Assembly: GCA_029856125.1 (NCBI GenBank)
Contig: JAHQWJ010000080.1
Coordinates: 90,576-154,575 of the forward strand
DNA from: Promethearchaeia archaeon
GTDB lineage: Archaea > Asgardarchaeota > Lokiarchaeia > Sigyniarchaeales > SOKP01
Direction: 5' to 3'
DNA: 64,000 nt
Shown: piece by piece, positions 40,888 through 51,216 of the stretch
Layout: the number at the start of each line of letters is the position of its first letter
Position numbering within the stretch: the first letter of the stretch is position 1
Made by a program: the position numbers and the translations under genes
The notes under the pieces: model-generated
What the model saw: only the letters and a program-made list of their open reading frames with translations
Database searches by the model: none
Told to the model about the DNA's origin: nothing

Positions 40888-41118
40888 ATGTTAGAATCTA
40901 AGGACGATCATTCGATTAAAGAAAATAATGGAAATATTAATTGCTATAATTGTGGCAGTAAAGTTGCTAATATCAATCTTAAAAATTGTATAAATTGTAA
41001 TACCGTATTAAATCCAAACGATTTAAAGTGGAGAAACAGTTTTATTTATTTTATCAGCTTACTATGCTTAATTCCTATCCTAATAGCGATTGTTTCTAGC
41101 TTCCTATCCCAACCTTAA
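40888..41118 (+). CDS. Small Zn-ribbon protein with C-terminal TM
   Basis: CYNC...CINC followed by a hydrophobic tail. Confidence 0.65.
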   Translation: MLESKDDHSIKENNGNINCYNCGSKVANINLKNCINCNTVLNPNDLKWRNSFIYFISLLCLIPILIAIVSSFLSQP

Positions 41119-41204
41119 TAGCTCTTGAGGTGACATTTTTATTCGTAGCTATAGTTCAACGTTTTAATAATTAGAGTTTAAATTTGAAACCATGACAGGC
41201 ATAA

Positions 41205-41714
41205 TTATTCAGGAGAAAATACTACATCGGAAATCCGCTGCCTACGTATGTCAAAATCATGATCAAGATGAAGTGTAATACAATGTTGATCCTTATTATG
41301 AGAATTACTATGAATGTAGCTTATTGGAACAACAGGCAAGTCAGATTTAATAACATATTTTTTAGGGATAGGTACTGGAATTATTTTTCTACATCGTTCG
41401 CAATTTACTAGAACAACTTTAATTTTATCTGATTCTAAGCTTTTCATTTGTTTTAAAAGATCAGCAGACAGCCCTGGAGAATTAATCGTTAGTTTATTCT
41501 TCTTTTTTGGTGATTCTGGAATTAAAGGGACTCCTAATTCGACATCTTCTGCAGCTGAGAAATCTAAATCTGATTTATCACTATTTTTCTTAATAAGAGA
41601 TTCTTTCGGATTTTTCTTTTTTTCTCTGGATAATTTGGGATCTGACTTGGGAGTCGTATCTTTGACTACTGTAGGTTTTTTATTGTTTTTCCTTGGATTT
41701 TCCAATAATATCAC
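41205..41714 (-). CDS. Hypothetical protein: disordered N-terminus, C-terminal CxxC/H putative Zn domain
   Basis: Lys/Pro-rich N-terminus; 'CERC...YIH...QHC..LHLD.DF.IRR'. Confidence 0.65.
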   Translation of the reverse strand: MILLENPRKNNKKPTVVKDTTPKSDPKLSREKKKNPKESLIKKNSDKSDLDFSAAEDVELGVPLIPESPKKKNKLTINSPGLSADLLKQMKSLESDKIKVVLVNCERCRKIIPVPIPKKYVIKSDLPVVPISYIHSNSHNKDQHCITLHLDHDFDIRRQRISDVVFSPE

Positions 41715-41789
41715 TATATTTGATATTTAATTTCTATAACAATATTGCTCGTAAATCTTTTATTTCTTTGTACATAAGCTCGTGAGACC

Positions 41790-42410
41790 CTAGACTCCAA
41801 AAATCTGCCTTAGCTCAGAATATATTTTTGAAAGCTCTGATATGATAGGTGTGTTGTTTTGCTGAAGATAATAATTAATGTATCCCGAAAGACCCTCACT
41901 GTCTTTAATCCATTCTAAAAACGACTGAACCTCTCCCTTCAGTTGAGGATCTATGTTGGCTCCGACACTTGGTTGAGTTTTTCCACCAGCAGTACCTAAT
42001 TGGGAATTTGGATCTTTATAACTTTGTTTTGAGCTTAACTCTGAAACAGCTCTTGCTGTATCCATAGTAGCCCCCATTGGTTCCCCATCGGGCTCGAGGT
42101 AAATAAGTATTTTATGTTCCTCGTCTTTCGCCCCAATAATGTGTCCTTCACCTCGAATTGAAGTAGCAACTAGTCTTTCTGACGTACACTGAAGAACTGA
42201 ATATTTCACGCCTGAAAGTATTACGAATTGCGCGTTCATACTATTCCAGCTAGAAATTACTTTACCGACTTCTGAACTAATATCCCAGTTGTCTGTTGTG
42301 TAAAGAATATTGTTACTTCCTTGAACTACAGCAGCGGCAATAATACTTGGATCTTTTTGTATTAAATTGTAAACAACGGTAGCTGGATCAGTTGACATTT
42401 TTTTCTCCAA
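41790..42410 (-). CDS. Asgard profilin-like protein with C-terminal helical extension
   Basis: 'TTDNWDIS', 'GVKYSVLQCTSERLVATSIRGEGHII', 'YLEP' match the Loki-profilin pattern; about 80 extra C-terminal residues. Confidence 0.8.
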   Translation of the reverse strand: MEKKMSTDPATVVYNLIQKDPSIIAAAVVQGSNNILYTTDNWDISSEVGKVISSWNSMNAQFVILSGVKYSVLQCTSERLVATSIRGEGHIIGAKDEEHKILIYLEPDGEPMGATMDTARAVSELSSKQSYKDPNSQLGTAGGKTQPSVGANIDPQLKGEVQSFLEWIKDSEGLSGYINYYLQQNNTPIISELSKIYSELRQIFGV

Positions 42411-42502
42411 TTTTTTCGATTAAAATATCCTATACAGATTTAATAATAATTATAGTATAAATATAATTAGAAAAAATGTATTAAAAATTTGTGGTTAATG
42501 GT

Positions 42503-42973
42503 CTATTCATCTTTTGATGCCTTAATATTGATTTTTCCAAACTTGGGTTTATGTTGAACTGCACTACGGTAAGTGTATGAATTGTTCATAGAACTATTTA
42601 TCTTTTCGAATGTCAGTTTATTACGCGAAAACATTTTATGCTCTAAGTCGTTTTTCCTTTGTGCATTAAAGTGATCTTTTAAGGAACCTTCATCTCTAAA
42701 CATTTTCCCACACACAGCACAATTGTAATATTGTTCTCCTAATAGACCCTTAGGTGTTTTAACAACAATTGGAAATTTTTTTTTCCCCCTCAATAATCCA
42801 CTATTTTTCCGACAATTATGCCTTACTAATTTTCCATACGGGGGGTATTGAAAAAACATTTTACTTCCATGAGTACATTCCCAGTATAAAACATCAGCAC
42901 CACACTTTTTACAAACTGTTTGAAATGATCGAAGATAACAGTGTTTTCCGTGACTTTTATAAAAATGTCGCAT
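42503..42973 (-). CDS. Zn-finger protein (C2H2-like)
   Basis: CKKC...CTH and 'YNCAVCGKMF....LKDH'. Confidence 0.65.
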   Translation of the reverse strand: MRHFYKSHGKHCYLRSFQTVCKKCGADVLYWECTHGSKMFFQYPPYGKLVRHNCRKNSGLLRGKKKFPIVVKTPKGLLGEQYYNCAVCGKMFRDEGSLKDHFNAQRKNDLEHKMFSRNKLTFEKINSSMNNSYTYRSAVQHKPKFGKINIKASKDE

Positions 42974-43141
42974 TATATAATTAGAAATTTCTAACTTATT
43001 AAAATTTTTCGATGAAATGGTATAACCTAATTTTTTAAAAGAGGATTTTTATTAACTGATAAATCCATAAAACGCAAACATTTAAATGTATGATTTTAAT
43101 TATAGGAATTAAGGATTTGAACTTTATGTGGGTATAAGTAA

Positions 43142-44071
43142 TTGGATCTTTCAATGCCTCAAAATAATTTAAATTTATGCCCAGAATGTGGGAATGGAAA
43201 TTTAATTTCTGATAACGCAAGGGGCGAAATAGTCTGTAATGTATGTGGTTTAGTTTTAACACAAAAACTTATTGATTCAGGTCCAGAATGGCGAGCTTTT
43301 TCCTCAGAAGAAGCAAATAGAAAAGCTAGAGTAGGAGCACCAACAACATTGACGCTTCATGATAAAGGACTAAGTACTATGATTGGTTGGAAAAATAAAG
43401 ACGCTTTTGGTAAGAGTATAAGCCCTAAAATGAAAGCCGAAGTCTACCGATTGAGAAAATGGCATGTTCGAACGAGAACTAACAAATCAATAGATAGGAA
43501 TTTAGCTTACGCAATGAACGAGTTAGATCGATTTTCATCGCAATTGAGTGTGTCAAGAGAATTAAAAGAATCTGCAGCTCACATCTATAGAAAAATGGCC
43601 CATAAGAATCTTATACGTGGAAGATCAATTGAAGCAATGTTAATAGCATCTATTTATTTATCATGCAGATTAAATAATATACCTAAAACTCTCGATGATT
43701 TTACCGAGTTTGCTTTAGTTGATAAAAAAAAAATAGCTCGATGTTATAGGTTAATTTTAAGTGAATTGAAGGTAAATATTCAAGTTTCTTCACCGATTAA
43801 TTTTATTCCTCGTTTTTGTGCTGAATTAAACCTTTCGGGTAGAACTCAAAACCGAGCTGCGGAATTATTGAAATTAGCTAAAAAATATCACTTAACCGCT
43901 GGAAAAGCACCAACAGGTTTAGCTGGAGCTGCGTTATATGTAGCAGCAATACAAGAAGGAGAAAGGAGGACTCAGAAAGAAATTTCATTAGCTGCTGGTG
44001 TTACTGAAGCTACCATTAGGAATAGATATAAGGAAATGGTAAATCACTTAAGGTTTGACTTAAAACCCTAA
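43142..44071 (+). CDS. tfb: Transcription initiation factor IIB
   Basis: CPECG...C..CG, 'GPEWRAF', 'HDKGLST.I', 'RTQKEI...AGVTEATIRNRYKE'. Confidence 0.97.
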   Translation: MDLSMPQNNLNLCPECGNGNLISDNARGEIVCNVCGLVLTQKLIDSGPEWRAFSSEEANRKARVGAPTTLTLHDKGLSTMIGWKNKDAFGKSISPKMKAEVYRLRKWHVRTRTNKSIDRNLAYAMNELDRFSSQLSVSRELKESAAHIYRKMAHKNLIRGRSIEAMLIASIYLSCRLNNIPKTLDDFTEFALVDKKKIARCYRLILSELKVNIQVSSPINFIPRFCAELNLSGRTQNRAAELLKLAKKYHLTAGKAPTGLAGAALYVAAIQEGERRTQKEISLAAGVTEATIRNRYKEMVNHLRFDLKP

Positions 44072-44111
44072 AGAGTATTGAAAATCAGATAGCAATAAAA
44101 TTTGTCTAGAA

Positions 44112-44261
44112 TTAGCGAATTTTAATCCGTTTTATTACATCAGGGCGTTTTTTGTATAATATACGAAATCCACAGTGAGAACATTTTATCCCTGGAAGTG
44201 CGTTTAATTCTTTTTTAGAGACTTCTTTTCCACAGCTTTTTCGAGCACAAACGTATTTCAT
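44112..44261 (-). CDS. rpoP: RNA polymerase subunit Rpo12/RpoP (not in ORF track)
   Basis: MKYVCARKSCGKEV...IKCSHCGFRILYKKRP (49 aa). Confidence 0.92.
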   Translation of the reverse strand: MKYVCARKSCGKEVSKKELNALPGIKCSHCGFRILYKKRPDVIKRIKIR

Positions 44262-44361
44262 AATTTTTATAATTAATTAAAGTTAAAAAATTTTTCGCAC
44301 ATAATTAAAAATGCTGATAAAATTCCTTAAAATATAGAATTTGTTAATAAAATAAATAGGA

Positions 44362-45177
44362 TTATATGTATAGTGACTTTCTCTTATCCTCAGTATCAAC
44401 AAACTGAAATGTGTTTAAATCTTTTTCCAATTGGTCTCTTTTATTTTGTAGATTTTTAGTTATATCCTCTATATTATCAAGTGAATATTTCTTTTTAATT
44501 GGTAAAGCAAACGATTTCTTAAGCATCTCCAAAAGTGTTATTGACGCCTTTAAATCAGTTATATCTTCATTCACCATAGCGATGTTATCTGTTTCTGCTA
44601 AAAGAACTATTCCGTCTAAATCAAACCGTGCTTTTGCTAGTGTAGGGATTAAACCATTAGCACCAATAATTACCCCTTTTTGAATCTTATCACAATTGGT
44701 TCTAGCCAGAAATTTCTGTAATAAATCTCGGTTTGTCGAACTTGCGTAAATTTTTGGAATTTTTGTATCGATTTTACGACTATTTACTGGGTATGCTCCT
44801 AGGGCTATTATCAACTTGACTTTACATTGAAATATAATTTCCGAAAGGAAATTTGAAATTCTATAGATACCTTTAGGTGTTAAACTCTGAGCGTCAGCAG
44901 TAATTAAAAAAATATCCCTTTTTTGTTCAGGATCTTTCCAAAATAAAATCTCTGCTTTAGGAGCGGATAGCATACTATCGTCCACTATAGCTCCCGCTGG
45001 ATAATCATCAAATATAAAATCCATTAAGTTTTTAGCGTCTAATTGTCCTATTAAAGAATCAATAGCAAATTTTCCGACATCGGCTATTCCTGGCATGCCT
45101 AAAATACATATTGGATCATTAAAATCTTCCTCGTTAAAATCAAAATGTTTAATTATTCTTATCCCAGACTCTGTCAT
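44362..45177 (-). CDS. PAC2-family proteasome assembly chaperone
   Basis: 'ILGMPGIADVGK', 'ITADAQ', 'ALGAY', 'G.IIGANGL', 'LLAET', C-terminal HbYX-like LYI. Confidence 0.88.
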   Translation of the reverse strand: MTESGIRIIKHFDFNEEDFNDPICILGMPGIADVGKFAIDSLIGQLDAKNLMDFIFDDYPAGAIVDDSMLSAPKAEILFWKDPEQKRDIFLITADAQSLTPKGIYRISNFLSEIIFQCKVKLIIALGAYPVNSRKIDTKIPKIYASSTNRDLLQKFLARTNCDKIQKGVIIGANGLIPTLAKARFDLDGIVLLAETDNIAMVNEDITDLKASITLLEMLKKSFALPIKKKYSLDNIEDITKNLQNKRDQLEKDLNTFQFVDTEDKRKSLYI

Positions 45178-45379
45178 TTTTTTAGCTTAACTACTATTAT
45201 TATATGATATAATAAGAGTCTTTATTATGTCTTTAAAATTAATGTGTTATCCTAATAGACACACAATTTACCGTAAAAGTAATACATTCATAATATCACA
45301 AAAATTTTATTTTCTAATGTATCATTAAATATATCGGATTTCGTACCGACCATATTTAATTTTTTTTAATCATTTAGAA

Positions 45380-45973
45380 GTGACTGAGCTAAATTATGCA
45401 TGTCTGAAATGCGGGGCATGTTGCCACGAAATTGAATACAAAAAAAGGATCCCCTTGTACCCTGAAGAGGCGAATTTCTTAATTGAAATAGCCAAAAAAC
45501 GAGGAATAGCTTTAAAGATTATAGAAGACTTAGTTTTTCTTGATATGTTAAATAAAAAAATTTTAGTTGTGACATACAAAATATTATTCGAAAAAAAAAT
45601 TAATGGATGCCCTTTCTATGACGATAATTATGGTTGTACAGTTCACGATACAAAACCGTTAGCATGTAAAGCATATCCTTTGGCTTTAAAACAAGTAGAT
45701 GCTTTTAATTTTCAAATCAGAGTTGATCCATTATGTCATTATGTAATAAAGCACTATGATCTACTAAAAAATGCTAGTTTCTCAACTATGAAAGAAATTT
45801 TTAAAAACGAATATCCAAATGCACAAAACCATTTAATAAAAAATAAAAATTTAATGTTGAAAATTAAGCAACTTGAATTTGAAAAAAAAATTAAGATATC
45901 TAGACAAATAAGTATAAAGGACTTTAATAAATATTTGAAAGAGTGGGAAAGGGAAGAATTAACTACAAATTAA
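45380..45973 (+). CDS. YkgJ-family cysteine-cluster protein
   Basis: CLKCGACC, CPF, 'C.VH..KP.AC.AYP'. Confidence 0.85.
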   Translation: MTELNYACLKCGACCHEIEYKKRIPLYPEEANFLIEIAKKRGIALKIIEDLVFLDMLNKKILVVTYKILFEKKINGCPFYDDNYGCTVHDTKPLACKAYPLALKQVDAFNFQIRVDPLCHYVIKHYDLLKNASFSTMKEIFKNEYPNAQNHLIKNKNLMLKIKQLEFEKKIKISRQISIKDFNKYLKEWEREELTTN

Positions 45974-45987
45974 GAATTGATCCTATT

Positions 45988-46623
45988 ATGAAAAAATTTA
46001 TATCTTTACTCTCAGGTGGTTTGGATAGCCCAATCGCAGCATACTTAATGATTAAAAAAGGTTTTACTCCTGCTTTTCTCTCGTTTTTAACTTCAGATGA
46101 TTACGAAGATTCTATGAAAAAAAAAGTTATAAAAATTGTAAAAATCTTATCAAAGTTTACAAACGATGAATTGAAAATATATTTCATTATCCACGATAAT
46201 AATTTAGACGTTTTTAAAGAATTTTGTGATAGAAAATTAACGTGTGTTTTATGTAAGCGATTAATGTTAAGAATAGCTAAGAAATTAGGAGAATTAAATC
46301 AAACTAATATAATAGTTACTGGTGACATTTTAGGAGAACAAGCAAGTCAAACTCTAGACAATTTATATGCCTATAACAACATTATCTCTGGTTGTGTAAT
46401 GTTAAGACCGTTAATAGGATGTGATAAACAAGAAGTAATCGATTTAAACAAGCAAATAGGGTCCTATAACGCCTCTTCAGAATCCTCAGCAGGATGCACT
46501 TTTAACCCTCAATACCCTGAAACTCATGCGAAACCTGGCGAAGTCCTCAATTCCGAAAAAAAAGTAAATATTGAGGCGTTGATAACGAAATCGATTAAGA
46601 ACGCAGAGATTTTAAAATTTTAA
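45988..46623 (+). CDS. ThiI-like PP-loop sulfurtransferase catalytic domain (no THUMP)
   Basis: 'LLSGGLDS', 'CVLCKR.M', 'TGDILGEQASQTL.N', 'RPLIG.DK'; start moved to MKKF. Confidence 0.85.
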   Translation: MKKFISLLSGGLDSPIAAYLMIKKGFTPAFLSFLTSDDYEDSMKKKVIKIVKILSKFTNDELKIYFIIHDNNLDVFKEFCDRKLTCVLCKRLMLRIAKKLGELNQTNIIVTGDILGEQASQTLDNLYAYNNIISGCVMLRPLIGCDKQEVIDLNKQIGSYNASSESSAGCTFNPQYPETHAKPGEVLNSEKKVNIEALITKSIKNAEILKF

Positions 46624-47004
46624 ATCTAAATCATCAATAAATTCATTAAATTCATTATCTTCCAGTTCAGATTCTTTAAAATCAGGTAATTTCTCACAGA
46701 TTACTTGAGCTAATAAATGTTTACAAAACGGCCTTCTTCTTTGAATCACTACGGCTTTATAAAAGTCTTGACAAGAGCAGTATAATTTTGGATATATCAA
46801 ATATTCGTCATTTTCTCCCAAAGCTATCCAAACAACTCTCCTCGAAGGGTTAAAAGTATATTTTGTTATACCTCTTTTTATTACCTTTAAAACCTTGTTG
46901 ACTTTGTCAGGAAAATTGCTATCAATGAAATTCAACAATTCTTCATCAATAACGCCTTTCTTTTCAGCCATCAAAGATATATCAAATAATAAATCTTTTG
47001 ACAT
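46612..47004 (-). CDS. SWIM zinc-finger protein
   Basis: 'YCSCQDF...CKHLLA'. Confidence 0.85.
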   Translation of the reverse strand: MSKDLLFDISLMAEKKGVIDEELLNFIDSNFPDKVNKVLKVIKRGITKYTFNPSRRVVWIALGENDEYLIYPKLYCSCQDFYKAVVIQRRRPFCKHLLAQVICEKLPDFKESELEDNEFNEFIDDLDLKF

Positions 47005-47053
47005 TTGATTATCATATATTAATTATACTTGATAAATAAAAAGGATATTAAGA

Positions 47054-48349
47054 TTGAACCATATTTTATATTTTCCAACAAGATATTTCCCCGCTATTTC
47101 GGGTGCAGAATTTTACCTCCAAAGCATAGCAGAAATTATGAATTCGAAATACAATTATACGGTTGATGTTTGCACATCCACAGCAATAGATTTTAAAGGT
47201 TTAAGGCATGCTGAGGGTAAAACTATAAGCCCCGGAGATAAATATTATGATCGCATCAACAACTTAAAAATTTCACGTTATCCAATAAATTACAATATAA
47301 ATATTGATGAAAAACTTCACGCGATTAAAAATCTCTCATCTTATAGAATATTACAATTGTCAGATGAATGTTTGATAGAATTCTTAAAAAACGGACCGTA
47401 TTTGGATAGTTTGATTGAAAAAATGAAATTACCAACAAATTTTTCTCCCGATTTAATTCATACGACCTTTTTTCCCTACTTCAACTTATTAATTGCATTA
47501 ATGCTTGGGAAAATTCTAAATAAACCAACTGTTTGTACTCCTTTTTTCCATTTTTCAAATCCACGGTATCATAACAAACACCTTGTCGAAGCCCTTGAAA
47601 AATTTGACACTATAATCGCTTGTACGGCTTTAGAGAAAAAAGTGTTAACGAAAACACTAGGTATTTCAGAAAATAGAATAAAAATAATTTCAATGGGAGT
47701 AAATTTCAAGAAATTTAATCAATCTTCAGAACAAACCAAAAACGATTTTCGCTTTAAACGTAAATTTTTTAGAACAAATGAAAAAGACTATAAGATGGTA
47801 TTATTTTGTGGATATAAAAATTTTGAAAAAGGAGCTATCTCTATCTTAAAGACAATTCCTAATATCTTAAAAAAGTTCCCTCAAGTTTATTTTGTATTTA
47901 TCGGTCCTTCCACAATTGCTTTCAATAGAGAACTTTCTAAACTACGAAAGATAATCGAACCAAGGATAGTCAACTTAACTCCAGATAATTTAAAAGGATA
48001 TTACGATCCAATAAAAATAGCAGCGTTTAAGGAATCAGACATTTTTCTGATGCCAAGTAGAAGTGACGCTTACGGAATTGCCTATTTGGAAGCTTGGGCT
48101 TCAGGTAAGCCTGTTATTGGGGCGAATATAGGAGCGACCCCCGAAGTTATTAGTAATAATTTTGATGGGCTGCTTGTTGAATTTAACAATTATGAGGATA
48201 TTGCTAAAAAAGTAGTAACCCTCCTAAAAAACGAGCGTTTAAGTAACAAAATGGGACAAGAAGGTAAAAAAAAAGTACAAGAAAGCCTATCTTGGTATGA
48301 TGTAGCAAAAAAAACCCATCAAGTTTACATGGAACTAATTCATAACTGA
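47054..48349 (+). CDS. Glycosyltransferase family 4
   Basis: 'YFP.ISGAE', 'MPSRSDAYGIAYLEAWASGKPVI'. Confidence 0.9.
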   Translation: MNHILYFPTRYFPAISGAEFYLQSIAEIMNSKYNYTVDVCTSTAIDFKGLRHAEGKTISPGDKYYDRINNLKISRYPINYNINIDEKLHAIKNLSSYRILQLSDECLIEFLKNGPYLDSLIEKMKLPTNFSPDLIHTTFFPYFNLLIALMLGKILNKPTVCTPFFHFSNPRYHNKHLVEALEKFDTIIACTALEKKVLTKTLGISENRIKIISMGVNFKKFNQSSEQTKNDFRFKRKFFRTNEKDYKMVLFCGYKNFEKGAISILKTIPNILKKFPQVYFVFIGPSTIAFNRELSKLRKIIEPRIVNLTPDNLKGYYDPIKIAAFKESDIFLMPSRSDAYGIAYLEAWASGKPVIGANIGATPEVISNNFDGLLVEFNNYEDIAKKVVTLLKNERLSNKMGQEGKKKVQESLSWYDVAKKTHQVYMELIHN

Positions 48350-48350
48350 G

Positions 48351-49580
48351 ATGAACAAATTGAAAAAATTATCAGGAAATCCCCATTTGATAAAAAAAGA
48401 TGGGAAGTTATTGATTGGTGGTATAGAAGCAAGTGAAATTTTAAAAAACGCACGCACACCGTTAATGATTTTTTTTGCAAAAAGAGTAAAAAACAATATT
48501 AACTCTTTTTGTCGAGCATTCCAGTCAGTGTTTGATAACTTCCAGTGTTTCTATTCATTCAAAGCTAATTATCTGCCCGATATATGCAGAATTGTCCTAT
48601 CGGAAGGTGTAGGTGCTGAACTAATTGGACTACCTGAATTAAAATTAGCTTTAAAGCTACAATTTCCATCAGAAAAAATTATTGTGGGTGGCCCGTATTT
48701 ACCCCAAGAACTTATTGAAAAATGCATCTTGGAGAATATTAAGGAAATCGTCGTATACGACTTGAACGATGTAAATCTAATCGATTTCATTGCTAAAAAG
48801 CATAAAAAAGTTCAAGAAATTTGCCTGAGATTAAATAGTCAGAAGTTTGGAAGCAAGTTAGGAATTGACCTTGATGAATTCGAGCTTACGCTACTAAAAA
48901 AAATTAAAAATGAATATAAGAATGTAAAAATAACAACTGTATTATCTCACTATTCTACTCAAATGAATAACTTTGAGCAATTTAAGCAAAATTTAATCAA
49001 TGTGCTGGAAAAAATTAAAATTTTAGTAAGGGCAGGAGTAAGAATAGAAAACATAAATTTAGGAGGCGGGTTTCCTGAAGCAGCTATTATGCCCGAACTC
49101 CAATTGATTGAGATAGCTAAAAAAATAAAATTAATTTTAACTAATTTTGACATCAAATTTGAAAACATCTATTTTGAACCAGGACGTTATTTTGTTGGGG
49201 ATGCTGGGATATTTATAGCAAAAGTTATAAGGGTATATAAAGATAGATGGATTTTCTTAAATATTGGTAATCATATATGTCCCAAGTTCGCTAAAGCTTC
49301 TTTAAGATTTTACAATATAACTCGAATAAATGACCCTCATAAATACAAAGCCTCTATCGCTGGAATTGTACCCACCGATCAAGATGTCTTAGCTAAAAAT
49401 TACTTTTTCACAAAAAAATTAGAAGAAGGAGATTTTGTAATGATTACTAACGTTGGGGCATATTGTTTAACCTTTTCAAATCGATTCCCTTATCTTCTCC
49501 CCGAAATATCTCTAATAGAAGATGGAAATATCACTCAAATTTTCGATCCACTCGTACACCACGATTTTTCTTTAAATTAA
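48351..49580 (+). CDS. Group IV PLP-dependent decarboxylase (LysA/ODC family)
   Basis: 'YSFKAN', 'SKLG', 'NLGGGF', 'EPGRY', 'GAY'. Confidence 0.85.
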   Translation: MNKLKKLSGNPHLIKKDGKLLIGGIEASEILKNARTPLMIFFAKRVKNNINSFCRAFQSVFDNFQCFYSFKANYLPDICRIVLSEGVGAELIGLPELKLALKLQFPSEKIIVGGPYLPQELIEKCILENIKEIVVYDLNDVNLIDFIAKKHKKVQEICLRLNSQKFGSKLGIDLDEFELTLLKKIKNEYKNVKITTVLSHYSTQMNNFEQFKQNLINVLEKIKILVRAGVRIENINLGGGFPEAAIMPELQLIEIAKKIKLILTNFDIKFENIYFEPGRYFVGDAGIFIAKVIRVYKDRWIFLNIGNHICPKFAKASLRFYNITRINDPHKYKASIAGIVPTDQDVLAKNYFFTKKLEEGDFVMITNVGAYCLTFSNRFPYLLPEISLIEDGNITQIFDPLVHHDFSLN

Positions 49581-49683
49581 AGCAATATTTCTTGATGTGT
49601 GCGTAATATGTGAATATTATATTCATTCTAATTTTTTATTTATATTATTTCTATAACGAAAATATAACAAAGCGTCGTTTTAA

Positions 49684-50796
49684 ATGGAATCTCTAATAAG
49701 GAATGCTAAAAAAAGAGAAGTAGTAAGACCAGCCCGAGAAAATTTTGGCTACGCGAATATAAAAATCGTTGGATGCGGGGGAGCCGGTAACAATACTGTC
49801 AATAGGTTAATGAAAATAGGAATTCGAGGGGCAAAATGTGTGGCTGTAAATACAGATCTTCAACATTTAGAAAGTGTGGAATCTCACATAAAATTGTTAA
49901 TTGGAAAAAATTTAACAAGGGGATTAGGTGCTGGAGGTAATCCAGACGTAGGAAGGGCAGCTGCAGAAGAGTCTCGTGAAGATTTAACTAAAATACTTAG
50001 AGAATCTAACTTAGTTTTTATAACTTGCGGAGAAGGGGGTGGGACGGGAACCGGTAGTGCGCCTATTGTAGCAGAAATAGCCAAACTTGAAGGGGCTATA
50101 GTCGTTGGAGTAGTTACTTTACCTTTTGAAACCGAAATTGGACGCATTAATAAAGCACAAATCGGTCTTAACGAATTAAAAAAATATGCCGACACATTAG
50201 TGGTAATAGATAATAACCGCCTTTTAGATATAGCACCAGACCTACCCATTATCGAGGCGTTTAGCGTTGCAGACGAAGTATTAGCAACTATGGTCAAAGG
50301 AATAACTGAAACGATTTCGCTCCCATCACTGATTAACTTAGATTTTGCCGATGTTAGAACCATTTTAAGTACTGGAGGGGTTGCTATAGTCGGAGTAGGA
50401 GAGTCTGGTGACAAAAATAATCGTGTAGAAGACGCTATTGAAGATGCTCTCAATTCACCGCTGTTAGACGTATCTATTGACGGTGCAAAAGGAGCTCTGA
50501 TTCATATATGTGGAGGAAACGATATGACTTTAGCCGAAGCAAATTCAGTTGCAAAGAAAATTTCCGAAAAGATGGATGTAAACAATGCTATGGTTATTTG
50601 GGGTGCTCGTGTAAACGACGAATATGACGGCTACCTAAGGGTTATGCTCCTTATTACAGGTATAAAATCACCACAGATTTTTGGAAAAAAAATCTCAAAT
50701 ATTTCTTCTTTTAAAGAAAATGTTTTACCTAAGAATCTTAACGAAAGCAAACTTTCTAACGATATCCTAAATATCAGAGAGCTCTCTATGGACTGA
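49684..50796 (+). CDS. ftsZ: Cell division protein FtsZ
   Basis: GCGGAGNN, GLGAGG.P, GGGTGTG, NLDFADV. Confidence 0.97.
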   Translation: MESLIRNAKKREVVRPARENFGYANIKIVGCGGAGNNTVNRLMKIGIRGAKCVAVNTDLQHLESVESHIKLLIGKNLTRGLGAGGNPDVGRAAAEESREDLTKILRESNLVFITCGEGGGTGTGSAPIVAEIAKLEGAIVVGVVTLPFETEIGRINKAQIGLNELKKYADTLVVIDNNRLLDIAPDLPIIEAFSVADEVLATMVKGITETISLPSLINLDFADVRTILSTGGVAIVGVGESGDKNNRVEDAIEDALNSPLLDVSIDGAKGALIHICGGNDMTLAEANSVAKKISEKMDVNNAMVIWGARVNDEYDGYLRVMLLITGIKSPQIFGKKISNISSFKENVLPKNLNESKLSNDILNIRELSMD

Positions 50797-50842
50797 AATA
50801 TTTTTTCTCCTCCTTTTTAAATCTCTTTCTAAAAACAATTAT

Positions 50843-51199
50843 ATGAATGATAAATTCAGCGTAAAAACTCAAAACGAAGTTAATTCAATTTTAGAGAGAT
50901 TAGACGGGTGGAAAAACTTGTTTTTTTTTGAAGTGAAGTATTTTTATGAAGGGTGGGCGATCTATATGAGAGAGAAGAACACATATCCAAGAAGCCTTGT
51001 GATATTTAAATCGTATTCTGACGATTATTACTCTATTAAAAGTTTTGAAATTCATTTCAGTGAAAAAAAGGAAACTTATCAAGAGCTTTATATTAATGAG
51101 AAGATTGACACGGTCCAGCAACTACAATCTGAAATTAAAGAAATTATATACGGGAAAGATATTTTAGATTCAATTACAAAATTAAATTTAAATACTTAA
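50843..51199 (+). CDS. Hypothetical protein
   Basis: 118 aa ORF co-oriented after ftsZ. Confidence 0.6.
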   Translation: MNDKFSVKTQNEVNSILERLDGWKNLFFFEVKYFYEGWAIYMREKNTYPRSLVIFKSYSDDYYSIKSFEIHFSEKKETYQELYINEKIDTVQQLQSEIKEIIYGKDILDSITKLNLNT

Positions 51200-51216
51200 A
51201 TTTGGACGATTTAATC

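Noticed and set aside
49884-50453. 189-aa antisense ORF and similar shadow ORFs (e.g. 17458-17832, 33702-34022, 62054-62341)
   Set aside because: They are antisense to well-conserved genes and arise from codon bias.
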